From a virus (taxonomy: Duplodnaviria; Caudoviricetes), in IMG/VR virus record IMGVR_UViG_3300031785_000002, positions 1 to 57,033 of that record: a stretch of DNA of 57,033 nt, one strand, 5' to 3'. Under the pieces are notes generated by a model. That model had not been told where the DNA came from. It did not search any database and worked only from the letters and a program-made list of their open reading frames with translations. Shown piece after piece: positions 1 through 9,993 of this stretch. Within the stretch, counting starts at the first letter, position 1, and each line of letters starts with the position of its first letter. A program made the position numbers and the translations under genes.

Positions 1-2
1 AT

Positions 3-242
3 TGGGAAAAGGCGGGAATAACATGGGGTACGGTTAAAATAAAACTAGCCGACCTTAATGACAAAGAGCCTATAAAATTACTGCGTGAAGAACGAAATAG
101 ACTTATTGCTGAAACAGATTGGTGGGCGTCATCAGATTTAGATATGCCTTTGGAAAGAGCAACGTACAGACAGCAATTAAGGGATATAACTAAAACCTAC
201 ACATCGCTTGATGATGTCGTGTGGCCTGATAAACCGGAGTAA
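3..242 (+). CDS. 5'-truncated tail fibre assembly chaperone (Phage_tail_APC-like)
   Basis: Not in ORF track; frame 3 reads ...LLREERNRLIAETDWWASSD...YRQQLRDIT...VVWPDKPE*, the typical LR.ERN.LL.ETDW...YRQ.LRD...WP motif. Confidence 0.75.
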   Translation, partial: WEKAGITWGTVKIKLADLNDKEPIKLLREERNRLIAETDWWASSDLDMPLERATYRQQLRDITKTYTSLDDVVWPDKPE

Positions 243-245
243 GCT

Positions 246-830
246 ATGAGTAATGCCCGTAATCTTGCTAATCTGTTAGGCACAAGCACTACAGTTCCGT
301 CATCCAGTATAAGTGGCGGGGGTATTGTTAAAGAGCAGCTTGCTATGATATGTGATGGTCAAAATTACACTGTTTCTAGCGGAACCTACACCCCCACAAA
401 TGTGACAGCCGCACAAGCATTAACAACTAGTTATGCCACAGTTACTGGTTCTGAACTTTCATATACTCCTCCATCAGGAACAACTTGCGTAGTATATGAT
501 TTTCTCCTTCAGTTTACTTTCTATGATGCTCAAGGTATTGGTCATTTTAAGTTTTTTATTGATTCAGATGAAGTGACAAATCAAAGACTTAATTTAAGTG
601 GGCAATATCCAGAAATAATATCAACTTTAAGATATGTGATACCCATTGGCGGTTCAGCAAACACTGCAACTGGCAGGCAGGCTACATGGACATCAGCAAA
701 AACTCTCAAAATTACGTGTAGGGAAAATAGTTCATCAAATGAGGCTTTTCTTCATTCTACTACATATTGGGATGACGGTAGCACGGACACATTTCATCAG
801 CCTAATTTAACTATCACGGCGTTGGGTTAG
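246..830 (+). CDS. tail fibre-associated structural protein
   Basis: S/T/G-rich beta protein in tail cluster; similar build to 54163-54762. Confidence 0.5.
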   Translation: MSNARNLANLLGTSTTVPSSSISGGGIVKEQLAMICDGQNYTVSSGTYTPTNVTAAQALTTSYATVTGSELSYTPPSGTTCVVYDFLLQFTFYDAQGIGHFKFFIDSDEVTNQRLNLSGQYPEIISTLRYVIPIGGSANTATGRQATWTSAKTLKITCRENSSSNEAFLHSTTYWDDGSTDTFHQPNLTITALG

Positions 831-835
831 AGATA

Positions 836-1558
836 GTGTTCGGCTCTCAGGGATTTTCTGTAGATAGTTTTTCAAGTCAAGGAATAGTATTTCTTGGCAG
901 TGTAGACCTTGACGCTAATTTTACACAAGAGACTTCACAAAACTTCATATCCCCAGCATCTGCTGAAATTACATCTATATTTAAACAGGCGGCTGCTGCC
1001 GCAGGATTGCTAATAACAGAAGCTGATATGTCTGCTAATTTTACGCAGACATCAACTCAAACTCTGGTTCACCAAACTCCAGCGCAAATTAGTTCTCAAT
1101 TTAACCAAACAGGAACGTCAAATATAATAGCTTCTCTAGAAGCAACTCTTGACGCTAACTTTACACAAACCAGTGCGGCATCTTTAGTTGCGTCAGGCGT
1201 GGCCGAGATAAGCTCTAATTTTATACAGACAGTAAACGCCTTGACTGTGCTTTATTTGGTTTCAGAAAAAGATATAAATTTTGAACAAACTTCTTTAGGC
1301 GGACTGTTGACATTTGGCGAGTCTAGTATGGACTCGCAGTTTGATATTACTAAATCTCTGGGTGGTCTTTTAAAGTTTGCCTCACAAGAAATGAACAGTG
1401 TGTTCTTAAAAACAGCAAATGGTGATATACTGTGGGTACAGGTGGATTCTAATGGAAGCCCAGAAAGCTGGACAGAGATAACAAGCACTGGTAGCGGAAG
1501 CTGGACAGAGATAGACGCGAATACATCAGTAGAAACATGGACTAATAAGGTGGTATAA
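836..1558 (+). CDS. virion structural protein with ~19-aa internal repeats
   Basis: Repeats LDANFTQ/MSANFTQ/ISSQFNQ/ISSNFIQ; WTEI repeats at C-terminus; GTG start. Confidence 0.5.
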   Translation: MFGSQGFSVDSFSSQGIVFLGSVDLDANFTQETSQNFISPASAEITSIFKQAAAAAGLLITEADMSANFTQTSTQTLVHQTPAQISSQFNQTGTSNIIASLEATLDANFTQTSAASLVASGVAEISSNFIQTVNALTVLYLVSEKDINFEQTSLGGLLTFGESSMDSQFDITKSLGGLLKFASQEMNSVFLKTANGDILWVQVDSNGSPESWTEITSTGSGSWTEIDANTSVETWTNKVV

Positions 1559-2533
1559 ATGGCAAGTACCTATACAACTAATACAGGGATTGAGAAGCCG
1601 GGTACTGGTGACCAAGCGGGTACTTGGGGTACAACGACCAATACCAACTTTGACATCATTGACGCGGCTCTGCATGGACAGGCGGCTATAACCATAACTG
1701 GTAGCCAAGACCTAACAACAAATGATGGCTCTGTTTCAGATGGTCAAAAGACTGTTTTGGTTCTTTCTGGAACACCGGGGTCTACATTTGAACTTAGAGT
1801 AACCCCGACAGACCAGAAAAAGTTTTACACAATTAGAAACGAAACCGATGCGGCCTGTAGAATAATTTATAAAGGTAACACATACTCTACATCTAATGGC
1901 GTGGAGATTGCGTCTGGGGCAACTCAAGCTGTAACTGGAGATGGTGGGGGCGCTTCTAGCGGTAAATTTAAATCACTAACACCGCCAACAGACTTGGTTA
2001 ATGATGCAAGTCCACAGCTATCAGCAAACTTAGATGTAAATGGCAACAGCATTACATCAACCAGCAATGGCAATGTGGTAATATCTCCAAACGGAACAGG
2101 TGATGTTCAACTTGACGCTGACACAGTTAGGGTTGGGGATAACAATGCAGATGCTACAATAACAACAAACGGCACAGGCGACCTAACACTAAGCACAAAC
2201 AGTGGGACCAACTCTGGGACTATTGCCATAGCCGATGGTACAAATGGAAATATCAGTGTCACTCCTAATGGCACAGGCTCGGTTGTTCTTGACGGCTTAT
2301 CTTATCCGCAAGCAGACGGCACAAATGGTCAGTACTTACAAACAGACGGCTCCGGCAATTTAAGTTTTTCTACTGTACCGATTAGTGGCAGTACATTTAC
2401 GCTTGGTAGCTGGACTTTAAGTGTGGTTAGTAATGAGTTAGTTTTTAGTTACAATGGCACAGGAGTGGCTAAAATAAAAACTACAGGTGAAATTGTTTCT
2501 GCGGATGACATTACCGCTGAGGGAACTATTTAA
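1559..2533 (+). CDS. tail fibre/baseplate-like structural protein
   Basis: MASTYT...GTWGTTTNTNF N-terminus, PNGTG repeats, YPQADGTNGQYLQTDGSGNLSF fibre motif. Confidence 0.65.
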   Translation: MASTYTTNTGIEKPGTGDQAGTWGTTTNTNFDIIDAALHGQAAITITGSQDLTTNDGSVSDGQKTVLVLSGTPGSTFELRVTPTDQKKFYTIRNETDAACRIIYKGNTYSTSNGVEIASGATQAVTGDGGGASSGKFKSLTPPTDLVNDASPQLSANLDVNGNSITSTSNGNVVISPNGTGDVQLDADTVRVGDNNADATITTNGTGDLTLSTNSGTNSGTIAIADGTNGNISVTPNGTGSVVLDGLSYPQADGTNGQYLQTDGSGNLSFSTVPISGSTFTLGSWTLSVVSNELVFSYNGTGVAKIKTTGEIVSADDITAEGTI

Positions 2534-2535
2534 TT

Positions 2536-3276
2536 ATGGCACTACCTGATTCCGGTGAAATTAAATTAAGCCAACTGGCTACAAATTTTGGTGGCTCTGC
2601 ACCTCATGGCCTTAAAGAATACTATCGAGGCGGGGGTAGTGTGTCTGACAATGCTGTCAACAGTACCGTCCCACAGTCCGGGGAGCTTAGCCTTAAAGAC
2701 TTCTACTCTTCAGCAGGAACCTCATCGAGGGACTTAAGAGTTTGGATGGCTTATCAATTTGCGGCGGGGGGCTACACTTCTGGATTTGGAGTTACCTCAC
2801 AAAGCAGCACAGCCGCCCCCTCTACCATTTCTAATGGTGCAAATGCTGTGGCTTGGCAACCTGTGTTTCATGCAGGAAGCGGCTTTATTACTAGCGCAAG
2901 CATCACAATTTCACAAAACGAAGACGTAACAGCATACAATAACAATGTGGTTTTGTACGGTGGTACAACTAGCAGCACTGTAACTAATGTTGTGGCTGCA
3001 TGGAATGCTGGGTATAACGGAAGCACTGGTGGGGCAAGAGGATACAGTATTTCTTGGAACGCTGATGGAACTATAAATTCCATTACCAATACATCTAACA
3101 CTTACAATTATGCTATTATTACATGGGCCACAGATAATGTAAGTGCCGCAAACAGCGCTGGCTATAAGTGGTTTGGATTTAAAGCCACTAATCCACCCAG
3201 TTGGAGTAAGGGCGCTCTCGTTTTGGGCGGAACTTTTACCGCAAGTAGCTCAGCATCCATAACACAACCATCGTAG
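2536..3276 (+). CDS. putative distal tail fibre / receptor-binding protein
   Basis: MALPDSGEIKLSQL...LKEYYRGG...VPQSGELSLKDFY adhesin-type N-terminus followed by variable S/T/G domain. Confidence 0.55.
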   Translation: MALPDSGEIKLSQLATNFGGSAPHGLKEYYRGGGSVSDNAVNSTVPQSGELSLKDFYSSAGTSSRDLRVWMAYQFAAGGYTSGFGVTSQSSTAAPSTISNGANAVAWQPVFHAGSGFITSASITISQNEDVTAYNNNVVLYGGTTSSTVTNVVAAWNAGYNGSTGGARGYSISWNADGTINSITNTSNTYNYAIITWATDNVSAANSAGYKWFGFKATNPPSWSKGALVLGGTFTASSSASITQPS

Positions 3277-3283
3277 GTGTGTC

Positions 3284-5194
3284 ATGCCGTTACAAAAACT
3301 ACAATTTAAAGCTGGCATTAACAAAGATGTTACCCCTTACTCAAACGAGGGAGGTTGGGTTGATGGTGATAAAATTAGATTTCGCCTTGGCTACCCAGAA
3401 AAAATTGGTGGCTGGTTAAAGTATTCTGCAAATACTTTTCAGGGCGTTTGTCGTGCTTTACATAACTGGATAGCGCTGGACGGCTCTAACTTTCTTGGTC
3501 TAGGCACACATTTAAAATATTATATTGAGGAGGGCGGGGCGTTCAATGATATTACGCCACTTAGGGACACAACAGCCGCTGGTGATGTCACCTTTAGCGC
3601 AAGCAATGGGTCGTCTTCAATAACAGTGTCAGACACAAATCATGGCGCTAACATAAATGATTTTGTTACATTTAGCGGGGCCGCAACTCTTGGCGGTCTT
3701 ATTACAGCGGATGTGCTAAATCAAGAATATCAAATTGATTCAGTAACAAGCTCTGGCGTTTATGTGATAACAGCCAAAGACCCAACTACTGGAAATGCCG
3801 TAACTGCAAACTCATCAGATTCTGGCAACGGAGGCAGTTCTGTTGTTGGTGCGTATCAGATAAATGCGGGATTAAACTCGCAGGTTGGTGGCACGGGTTG
3901 GGGTGCTGGAACATGGGGGTCAGGAGGCTGGGGTTTGGCTTCTGCTATTACGACATCTACAGAGATAAGGCTATGGTCGCACGATAATTTTGGCGAAGAC
4001 CTTATTATAAACGCCAGAGATTCTAATTTGTACTATTGGGATAAATCCGGCGGTCTTAGCGCCAGAGCGGTAGAGGTTTCAACAAAGGCTGGAGCCAAGT
4101 CTGTTCCCACGGTGGCTAAACAGGTGCTTGTGTCTGACCAAGATAGACACGTTATAGCTTTTGGTTGTGATGCTATTAACTCAAGTTCATCTGCGGCTCA
4201 GGGCAATGGAACGCAAGACCCTTTATTAATTAGATTTTCATCTCAAGAAAACGCAGTGGATTGGTTTCCATCAACATCTAATACTGCTGGCGATTTGATT
4301 TTAGGTTCTGGCTCGGAGTTTGTTCAGGCTGTTGAGACAAAGCGTGAGATTTTAGTCTGGACAGATACATCACTTCACTCAATGAGGTTTATCGGACCGC
4401 CGTTTACATTTGGCTTACAGCAGTTGGCATCAAACATTACCATCATGGGTCCAAACGCCGCCGTTGCCACTGAAGACGTTGTGTACTGGATGGGTATAGA
4501 TAATTTCTATGTTTACTCAGGGCAAACACAGCAACTAGAATGCACTGTAAAAGACCATGTGTTTGCAGATTTTAATTTGAGCCAAACAGACAAAGTGTAC
4601 GGTGGTGTAAATTCAGAGTTCTCTGAAGTCATATGGCTATATTGCTCTGATACAAATTCAGTAGCCAATGGCGGTGACGGAGAAAACGACAGATACGTTA
4701 TATATAATTACAAAGACACCATATGGTATTACGGAACTCTTAGCCGCTCTGCTTGGCTGGATAGAGGGACCAGAGCATACCCGATAGCGGCACAGGGTGC
4801 GTATTTATACAATCATGAATACGAGTATGATGATGACGGCTCTGCTATGAATTCTTATATTGAGTCAGCGCCAATGGACATACAGGATGGTGATAATTTT
4901 AGCTTGGTGACAAAGGTAATACCTGACCTAACCTTTGTAGGTTCAACTTCTTTAGCAAGCCCACAAGCGACATTTACATTAAAATCTAGGACAGAGCCGG
5001 GGGCTGCCTATTCTAATACTTCGTCTGGCACTGCTGTTAGAACTGCGTCATCTCCTGTAGAAACATTTACAGAACAATTAAATCTAAGGACAAGAGGGCG
5101 CTCATTCTCTGTTCGAGTTGAGTCAGCCGCTTTGGGTACAAAATGGAAACTAGGTTCACCAAGGGTAAATATTAGGCCTGACGGGAAAAGATAA
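3284..5194 (+). CDS. podoviral tail hub / tail tubular protein B-like (P22 gp10-like position)
   Basis: 636 aa; GW.DGDKIRFR.GYPEKIGGW N-terminus, beta-propeller-like composition, LLIRFSSQE motif, precedes ejection genes. Confidence 0.65.
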   Translation: MPLQKLQFKAGINKDVTPYSNEGGWVDGDKIRFRLGYPEKIGGWLKYSANTFQGVCRALHNWIALDGSNFLGLGTHLKYYIEEGGAFNDITPLRDTTAAGDVTFSASNGSSSITVSDTNHGANINDFVTFSGAATLGGLITADVLNQEYQIDSVTSSGVYVITAKDPTTGNAVTANSSDSGNGGSSVVGAYQINAGLNSQVGGTGWGAGTWGSGGWGLASAITTSTEIRLWSHDNFGEDLIINARDSNLYYWDKSGGLSARAVEVSTKAGAKSVPTVAKQVLVSDQDRHVIAFGCDAINSSSSAAQGNGTQDPLLIRFSSQENAVDWFPSTSNTAGDLILGSGSEFVQAVETKREILVWTDTSLHSMRFIGPPFTFGLQQLASNITIMGPNAAVATEDVVYWMGIDNFYVYSGQTQQLECTVKDHVFADFNLSQTDKVYGGVNSEFSEVIWLYCSDTNSVANGGDGENDRYVIYNYKDTIWYYGTLSRSAWLDRGTRAYPIAAQGAYLYNHEYEYDDDGSAMNSYIESAPMDIQDGDNFSLVTKVIPDLTFVGSTSLASPQATFTLKSRTEPGAAYSNTSSGTAVRTASSPVETFTEQLNLRTRGRSFSVRVESAALGTKWKLGSPRVNIRPDGKR

Positions 5195-5424
5195 TGGCAT
5201 TAACCAATTTACCAGCACCTAGATTACCTGAGCCAACATCAGAATATTCTCTGACTTATATGCAAGATTTGCTTAGAGCATTAGAGATATTTATCGAGCA
5301 GGAAAGAACTGCTGGAGACATACGGGCGACAACAATTACTTTAACTGCATTGCCTACATCCGCAACAGGGCTTGAGTCCGGTGCGCTGTACAATGACTCA
5401 GGAACGGTAAAAATTGTACCGTAG
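5194..5424 (+). CDS. small tail-associated protein
   Basis: Coupled to upstream gene; LPTSATGLESGALYND motif. Confidence 0.45.
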   Translation: MALTNLPAPRLPEPTSEYSLTYMQDLLRALEIFIEQERTAGDIRATTITLTALPTSATGLESGALYNDSGTVKIVP

Positions 5425-5429
5425 TACAA

Positions 5430-5645
5430 ATGGACTATATAAAAAAAATAATCGAATATAACGCGGTCGCTCGCCTAACAATGATTTGCAGTATAGCTAT
5501 GTCTTGGCGTTGTGCAGAATGGTTTATGAATTTAGAAGACCCAACCATGCAACAAAGTGCGTTTGTATCTGTTATAATGGGTGTTATGACAGGTATATTC
5601 GGTATATGGATGGGGCAAGAGTCTAAGGGAAGAAGAAATGATTAG
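5430..5645 (+). CDS. small membrane protein (holin/antiholin-like)
   Basis: Two hydrophobic segments, in lysis region. Confidence 0.5.
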   Translation: MDYIKKIIEYNAVARLTMICSIAMSWRCAEWFMNLEDPTMQQSAFVSVIMGVMTGIFGIWMGQESKGRRND

Positions 5646-5733
5646 ATGGCTGTTAAAATTGTGGAGAGTAAGGCATGGGGATTTGTCCGGTCACAGACTT
5701 CACACAATCAAATATGACGATTTATGTATGTAG
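5638..5733 (+). CDS. 31-aa hypothetical protein
   Basis: Not in ORF track; MIRWLLKLWRVRHGDLSGHRLHTIKYDDLCM* fills the gap between two genes and overlaps the upstream stop. Confidence 0.45.
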   Translation: MIRWLLKLWRVRHGDLSGHRLHTIKYDDLCM

Positions 5734-5742
5734 GAGACAAAA

Positions 5743-6138
5743 GTGATACAGGCGCTTATAGGTCCGGTAACAGGGCTACTAGACAAATTTATTGAAGACA
5801 AAGACCAAAAAGCAAAGTTGGCTCACGAAATTGCCACTATGTCAGAGCGGCATATGCAAGAACAAATCATGGGTCAGTTAGAAATAAATAAAGCAGAAGC
5901 ACAACATAAGTCTATTTTTGTGGCTGGCTGGCGACCCTTTCTCGGCTGGTGTCTGTCTTTTGCCATGGCTTGGCACTTTGTTTTAGCGCCAGTGACCATG
6001 TTTGTGTGTTCCTATCTTGGAGTAGAAATACCAGAGCTACCTACGTTTGATATGGATTCTCTAATGACTGTTTTGCTGGGAATGCTTGGCTTAGGCGGAC
6101 TCAGAACCTTTGAAAAAGTTAAAAAGGTTACAAAATAG
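5743..6138 (+). CDS. holin, 3-TM GTA-type
   Basis: INKAEAQHKSIFVAGWRPFLGW...LLGMLGLGGLRTFEK signature; AGGAG RBS, GTG start. Confidence 0.85.
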   Translation: MIQALIGPVTGLLDKFIEDKDQKAKLAHEIATMSERHMQEQIMGQLEINKAEAQHKSIFVAGWRPFLGWCLSFAMAWHFVLAPVTMFVCSYLGVEIPELPTFDMDSLMTVLLGMLGLGGLRTFEKVKKVTK

Positions 6139-6184
6139 GCTTGTAAATGATATAATTCGCATAATGATTTAATTGAGGCGTATT

Positions 6185-7192
6185 ATGTCAAGACCCCCTT
6201 TAAGCGAAGAAAAAGCAAACGAAGTAGTCGTTGCTTTTCACAAACACTTCTGCAATGCAACTAAGGCCGCTAAAGATTTAGGTTTAACATACGCAACTTT
6301 TATATCTAGACTCGGCATAGCAAAGCGCAGAGGGCTTTTATCTAAGCCAAAAGTGGTAGAGTCAAAAGTAGTTGTAAAGCCTGTTTACAGAATACAGCAA
6401 AGAAAATCTAGGCCAGACGAAACAAAGCACGTTTTAGCCATAGGTGATTGCCACGATAGCCCTAGACTGCCTGATAAACGGCGGTTTTATGCCATGGGTA
6501 GATATGCCAAAGAAAACAAAGTGGACCAGATTGTACAGATAGGTGACTTTGCGAGCATAGAATCTCTTAATAGATTTGATGGCAATGAAACAACAAAGGG
6601 CAGAGAAAAGCCTACATTTAAAGAAGATATGCGTAGCTTCCAGCAGGCCATACGATATTTTCATAAGGGGTTGGCTGGGTATGACATTCCAAAACACGTT
6701 ACTCTTGGTAACCATGAAGACAGGATATGGTCTTTTACTAATAAAAATCCAGAGGTCATTGAATTGCTTGACCAAATATTGTTCGCAACTTTGGATGATT
6801 ATAACTGGACATACTCTCCATACGGAGACTTTTATTTTATAGGTGATGTGGGCTTTACACACTCGCCATTAAACACGATGGGTAAGCCATATGGCGGTAT
6901 GTATGCGGAAAATCAAATAGCGAGAGACTCGTTGCATGATGTGGTTTTTGGGCATACTCACAAACGAGTTGACAAGACGTATCCAAAAATGGGTAATCAG
7001 CTTTTAAATGTGATGAATTTGGGTACAAGTCTACCGCAAGGCCACTTAGAGGAGTATGCTAAACATACATTAACAGGATGGTCATATGGGGTCTACGACA
7101 TCCGAATAAAAGATGGTAAAATAGACGAAAGAACTTGGATACCTATTAATAACCTTATTGAGCGCTATGGTGATGGATATGCGGGAGATTAA
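6185..7192 (+). CDS. calcineurin-like metallophosphoesterase with N-terminal HTH
   Basis: GDCH, GDF, GNHE, FTH, GHTH motifs; NATKAAKDLGL HTH-like N-terminus. Confidence 0.85.
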   Translation: MSRPPLSEEKANEVVVAFHKHFCNATKAAKDLGLTYATFISRLGIAKRRGLLSKPKVVESKVVVKPVYRIQQRKSRPDETKHVLAIGDCHDSPRLPDKRRFYAMGRYAKENKVDQIVQIGDFASIESLNRFDGNETTKGREKPTFKEDMRSFQQAIRYFHKGLAGYDIPKHVTLGNHEDRIWSFTNKNPEVIELLDQILFATLDDYNWTYSPYGDFYFIGDVGFTHSPLNTMGKPYGGMYAENQIARDSLHDVVFGHTHKRVDKTYPKMGNQLLNVMNLGTSLPQGHLEEYAKHTLTGWSYGVYDIRIKDGKIDERTWIPINNLIERYGDGYAGD

Positions 7193-7589
7193 TAAAATAA
7201 TTGTACACTGCGCTGACACTCCCGAAGGAAGGGATGTCAAAACAGAGGAAATAAAGCGCTGGCACACTGAAGAGAGGGGCTGGAGCGATATTGGCTATCA
7301 CTGGGTTGTGGAACTTGATGGTTCGGTTCACGCTGGGCGTGATGAGTCTATCAATGGCGCTCACTGTAGGGGTCATAATAGCGACAGCATCGGTATCTGC
7401 TACGTTGGTGGGGCTGACTCTGAGGGAAATCCTAAAGACACACGAACCCAAGAACAGAAGGATTCTCTTGTCACACTTATCACAGAGATACTTGAAAGAC
7501 ATCAAGAGGCACAGGTCTACGGACACAGAGACTTTTCAGAAAAAGCCTGCCCATCATACGATGCAAAAACAGAATACGCAGGGCTATAA
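7179..7589 (+). CDS. endolysin, N-acetylmuramoyl-L-alanine amidase (T7 gp3.5-like)
   Basis: IIVHCAD...GWSDIGYH...GAHCRGHN..SIGICYVGG...GHRDF..KACPS. Confidence 0.92.
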   Translation: MREINKIIVHCADTPEGRDVKTEEIKRWHTEERGWSDIGYHWVVELDGSVHAGRDESINGAHCRGHNSDSIGICYVGGADSEGNPKDTRTQEQKDSLVTLITEILERHQEAQVYGHRDFSEKACPSYDAKTEYAGL

Positions 7590-7599
7590 GGAGTAAACT

Positions 7600-8649
7600 A
7601 TGTTACCACTTTTGTTTGGACTGGGGGGTTCTGCGCTAGCTGGCGCTGGATTGCTTGGTGGAATGGGTGCATTAACCGCTGGCGCTCTTGGCTCAGGCTT
7701 AGGCTCTCTGGCACAAGGTGATGACATAGGAACAGCTATCGGCACTGGCCTGATGTCTTATATGGGCGGTAAGGCTCTTGGTGGTTTAGGTGGTGCTGGA
7801 GCCGCTGGCGCTGGTGATGCGGCAAATTTAGCAAGCAATCTTCCAGCGGGAACTGCGCCTGCTGGTTATATGGGCGCTGGAACAGCGCAAAGTGCCGCAA
7901 ACTTCACTGATTTTATGCCAAGTCCTGCTGGCGGGTTAAGTGGCGCTGGCGCACAAGGCGCAATGAACGCACTCACCGGAAATCTAGGTCAGACTGCTGG
8001 CATAGCACTGCCCGGTTTAGCATCTCTTGGCGCACCTCAAGCAGGGGCGTTTGATTCAGAGTTTGATGAAGGTGGAGATATACCAGAGGCGGAATCGCCA
8101 AACAGAATTGCAAAAATGCCACCACTGGGATACAGGCCCGGATTTGACCCAGAGTTTAGATACTTTAATGAAGGCGGTATAGCGTCTTTGGCATATCAAG
8201 AGGGCGGAGATATGGATATGTCAGAAGCCCCCAACGACAAAGAGCTTATATCTAGGGCTGTAGAGGCGATTCAAGGCCGCTCAGATAACCCTGAGATAGT
8301 CTTGGGTCAGTTTGTAGCCAGATATGGAGAAGACGCATTACGCGACCTTGTGGGGCGTGTTCAGAGCGGTGAGTTTGATATGAATGCAATGGTCACCGAA
8401 GGTCAAGTCAATGGCATTGGTGACGGCATGGATGACATGATTCCAGCAACATTAGAAGGAGAGCAAGATGTGGTGCTATCCGATGGAGAGTTTATTGTAC
8501 CTGCGGATGTGGTTAGCGGGCTGGGCAACGGCTCGACTGACGCAGGCTCGAAGGCTCTATATGAAATGATGGACAGGGTTCGTGAGATGCGAACTGGCAT
8601 GACAAAACAACCTGAGCAAGTGCCGCAAGGAATGATGCTACCAGCATGA
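7600..8649 (+). CDS. internal virion / DNA ejection protein
   Basis: Gly/Ala-rich hydrophobic N-terminus; C-terminal G.GDG.DD.IPA...LSDGEFIVPADVV domain. Confidence 0.65.
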   Translation: MLPLLFGLGGSALAGAGLLGGMGALTAGALGSGLGSLAQGDDIGTAIGTGLMSYMGGKALGGLGGAGAAGAGDAANLASNLPAGTAPAGYMGAGTAQSAANFTDFMPSPAGGLSGAGAQGAMNALTGNLGQTAGIALPGLASLGAPQAGAFDSEFDEGGDIPEAESPNRIAKMPPLGYRPGFDPEFRYFNEGGIASLAYQEGGDMDMSEAPNDKELISRAVEAIQGRSDNPEIVLGQFVARYGEDALRDLVGRVQSGEFDMNAMVTEGQVNGIGDGMDDMIPATLEGEQDVVLSDGEFIVPADVVSGLGNGSTDAGSKALYEMMDRVREMRTGMTKQPEQVPQGMMLPA

Positions 8650-9077
8650 TGATTACAGCAGTTCCCAGAGAGGCTCTGGGTATCGTCTGGGGAGACGTAG
8701 CAAAAGTTTTAATTAAGTCAGTAGAAACATCAAAGGGCAAGTTTCATATTGACGATGTTTATAAAGACGTTGAGAGCGGTATGTACGGATTGTGGTTAAT
8801 AATTGACGATGAAAAAGAAGGTATGAATGTCATTGCCGCTATAACAACAAGAATAATTCAATATCCAAGTAGGAAAGCATTGGCTATGGATTGGCTTGGG
8901 GGAAGCAGAATGGGTGAGTGGTTGCCGATGGCACAGAAAACCCTTGAAGGATACGCTAAAGAGTGTGGATGTAGTCATTTAGAAAGCTACGGAAGAAAGG
9001 CTTGGAAGCGTTGGTTAGGCAAGTATGGCTGGGAGCCAGAGTACATTGCTTATAGAATGGAGTTAGGAAATGGGTAA
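8646..9077 (+). CDS. GNAT-fold virion assembly protein (T7 gp13-like position)
   Basis: LEGYAKECGCSHLESYGRKAW motif; position within ejection module. Confidence 0.55.
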   Translation: MMITAVPREALGIVWGDVAKVLIKSVETSKGKFHIDDVYKDVESGMYGLWLIIDDEKEGMNVIAAITTRIIQYPSRKALAMDWLGGSRMGEWLPMAQKTLEGYAKECGCSHLESYGRKAWKRWLGKYGWEPEYIAYRMELGNG

Positions 9078-9993
9078 AGGTTCTAAGCAACCGCAAGAAC
9101 AAACGGTTGTCCAGTCCAATCTTCCAAAGTATGTAAGACCATACTTTGAACGTCTTCTGCAACGCACGGAAGCAGAATCCAAACAGGAGTATAATCCCTA
9201 CACTGGTCAGCGTTTAGCCGATGAGGCCGCTGACACTTTGCAGGCTAGACAAGACATTAGAAATCTAGGACCGATTGCAGGCATAGGTGACGCACAAACT
9301 GCGACTAAAGATGCTATAGGCCGCGCACAGAGGGGCATGGGCTATGAGGCAGAGGCGTTTGGATTGGATTCCATACGCTCAAAAATGACTCCATTTATGC
9401 AACAGGTAGTAGATGTTCAAAAAGCAAAGGCCATTCAAGATTTTCAAGACCAAAACGCCGCTAGGTCGGCTCAGGCAGTTCAAGCTGGGGCATTCGGAGG
9501 CTCCCGTCAAGCAATCGCGCAAGGCATGGCTCAAAACGAACTTTCGCGCCAGCTTGCAGAGATACAGGCTCAGGGGCAACAGAAAGCATTTGAGCAGGCA
9601 TCAGGACAACTTACCGCTGATAGACAGGCGATGGCAGATGCAGAAAGAATAGGGCTTCGCGCTGGAGAAATGGCTGGCGCACAGGGTTCTCAATTAGCGC
9701 AACTTGGTCAATTAGCAAGAGAGGGCGATGTGCAAGCAGCAACTCTTCTAGAGCAAATTGGCAAAGACCAAATGGCCAGAGAGCAAGCTGGATTGGATAT
9801 GGCTTATGAAGATTTTGTTCGTCAAAGGGATTACCCGCGTGAACAGTTGCAGTTCTTGTCATCCATACTTAGAGGTGTCCCAGTACAACCATCTACGGAA
9901 ACGACTAAGTTCGGTACTTATAATCCTCTTCAACAACTCCTTGGAACTGGCGTTTCCGCGCTAGGGTTGTATAAAGGAATACAAGGTCTATGA
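9070..9993 (+). CDS. internal virion / ejection protein
   Basis: Q/A-rich helical; AGAFGGSRQ motif; Y.DF..Q..YP..QL motif. Confidence 0.65.
   Translation: MGKGSKQPQEQTVVQSNLPKYVRPYFERLLQRTEAESKQEYNPYTGQRLADEAADTLQARQDIRNLGPIAGIGDAQTATKDAIGRAQRGMGYEAEAFGLDSIRSKMTPFMQQVVDVQKAKAIQDFQDQNAARSAQAVQAGAFGGSRQAIAQGMAQNELSRQLAEIQAQGQQKAFEQASGQLTADRQAMADAERIGLRAGEMAGAQGSQLAQLGQLAREGDVQAATLLEQIGKDQMAREQAGLDMAYEDFVRQRDYPREQLQFLSSILRGVPVQPSTETTKFGTYNPLQQLLGTGVSALGLYKGIQGL

Noticed and set aside
5414-5429. Reading the GTAC-N4-GTAC palindromes as cyanobacterial LexA boxes
   Set aside because: Spacing varies (4-6), most sites are at gene ends rather than promoters, and other signals point to an alphaproteobacterial host
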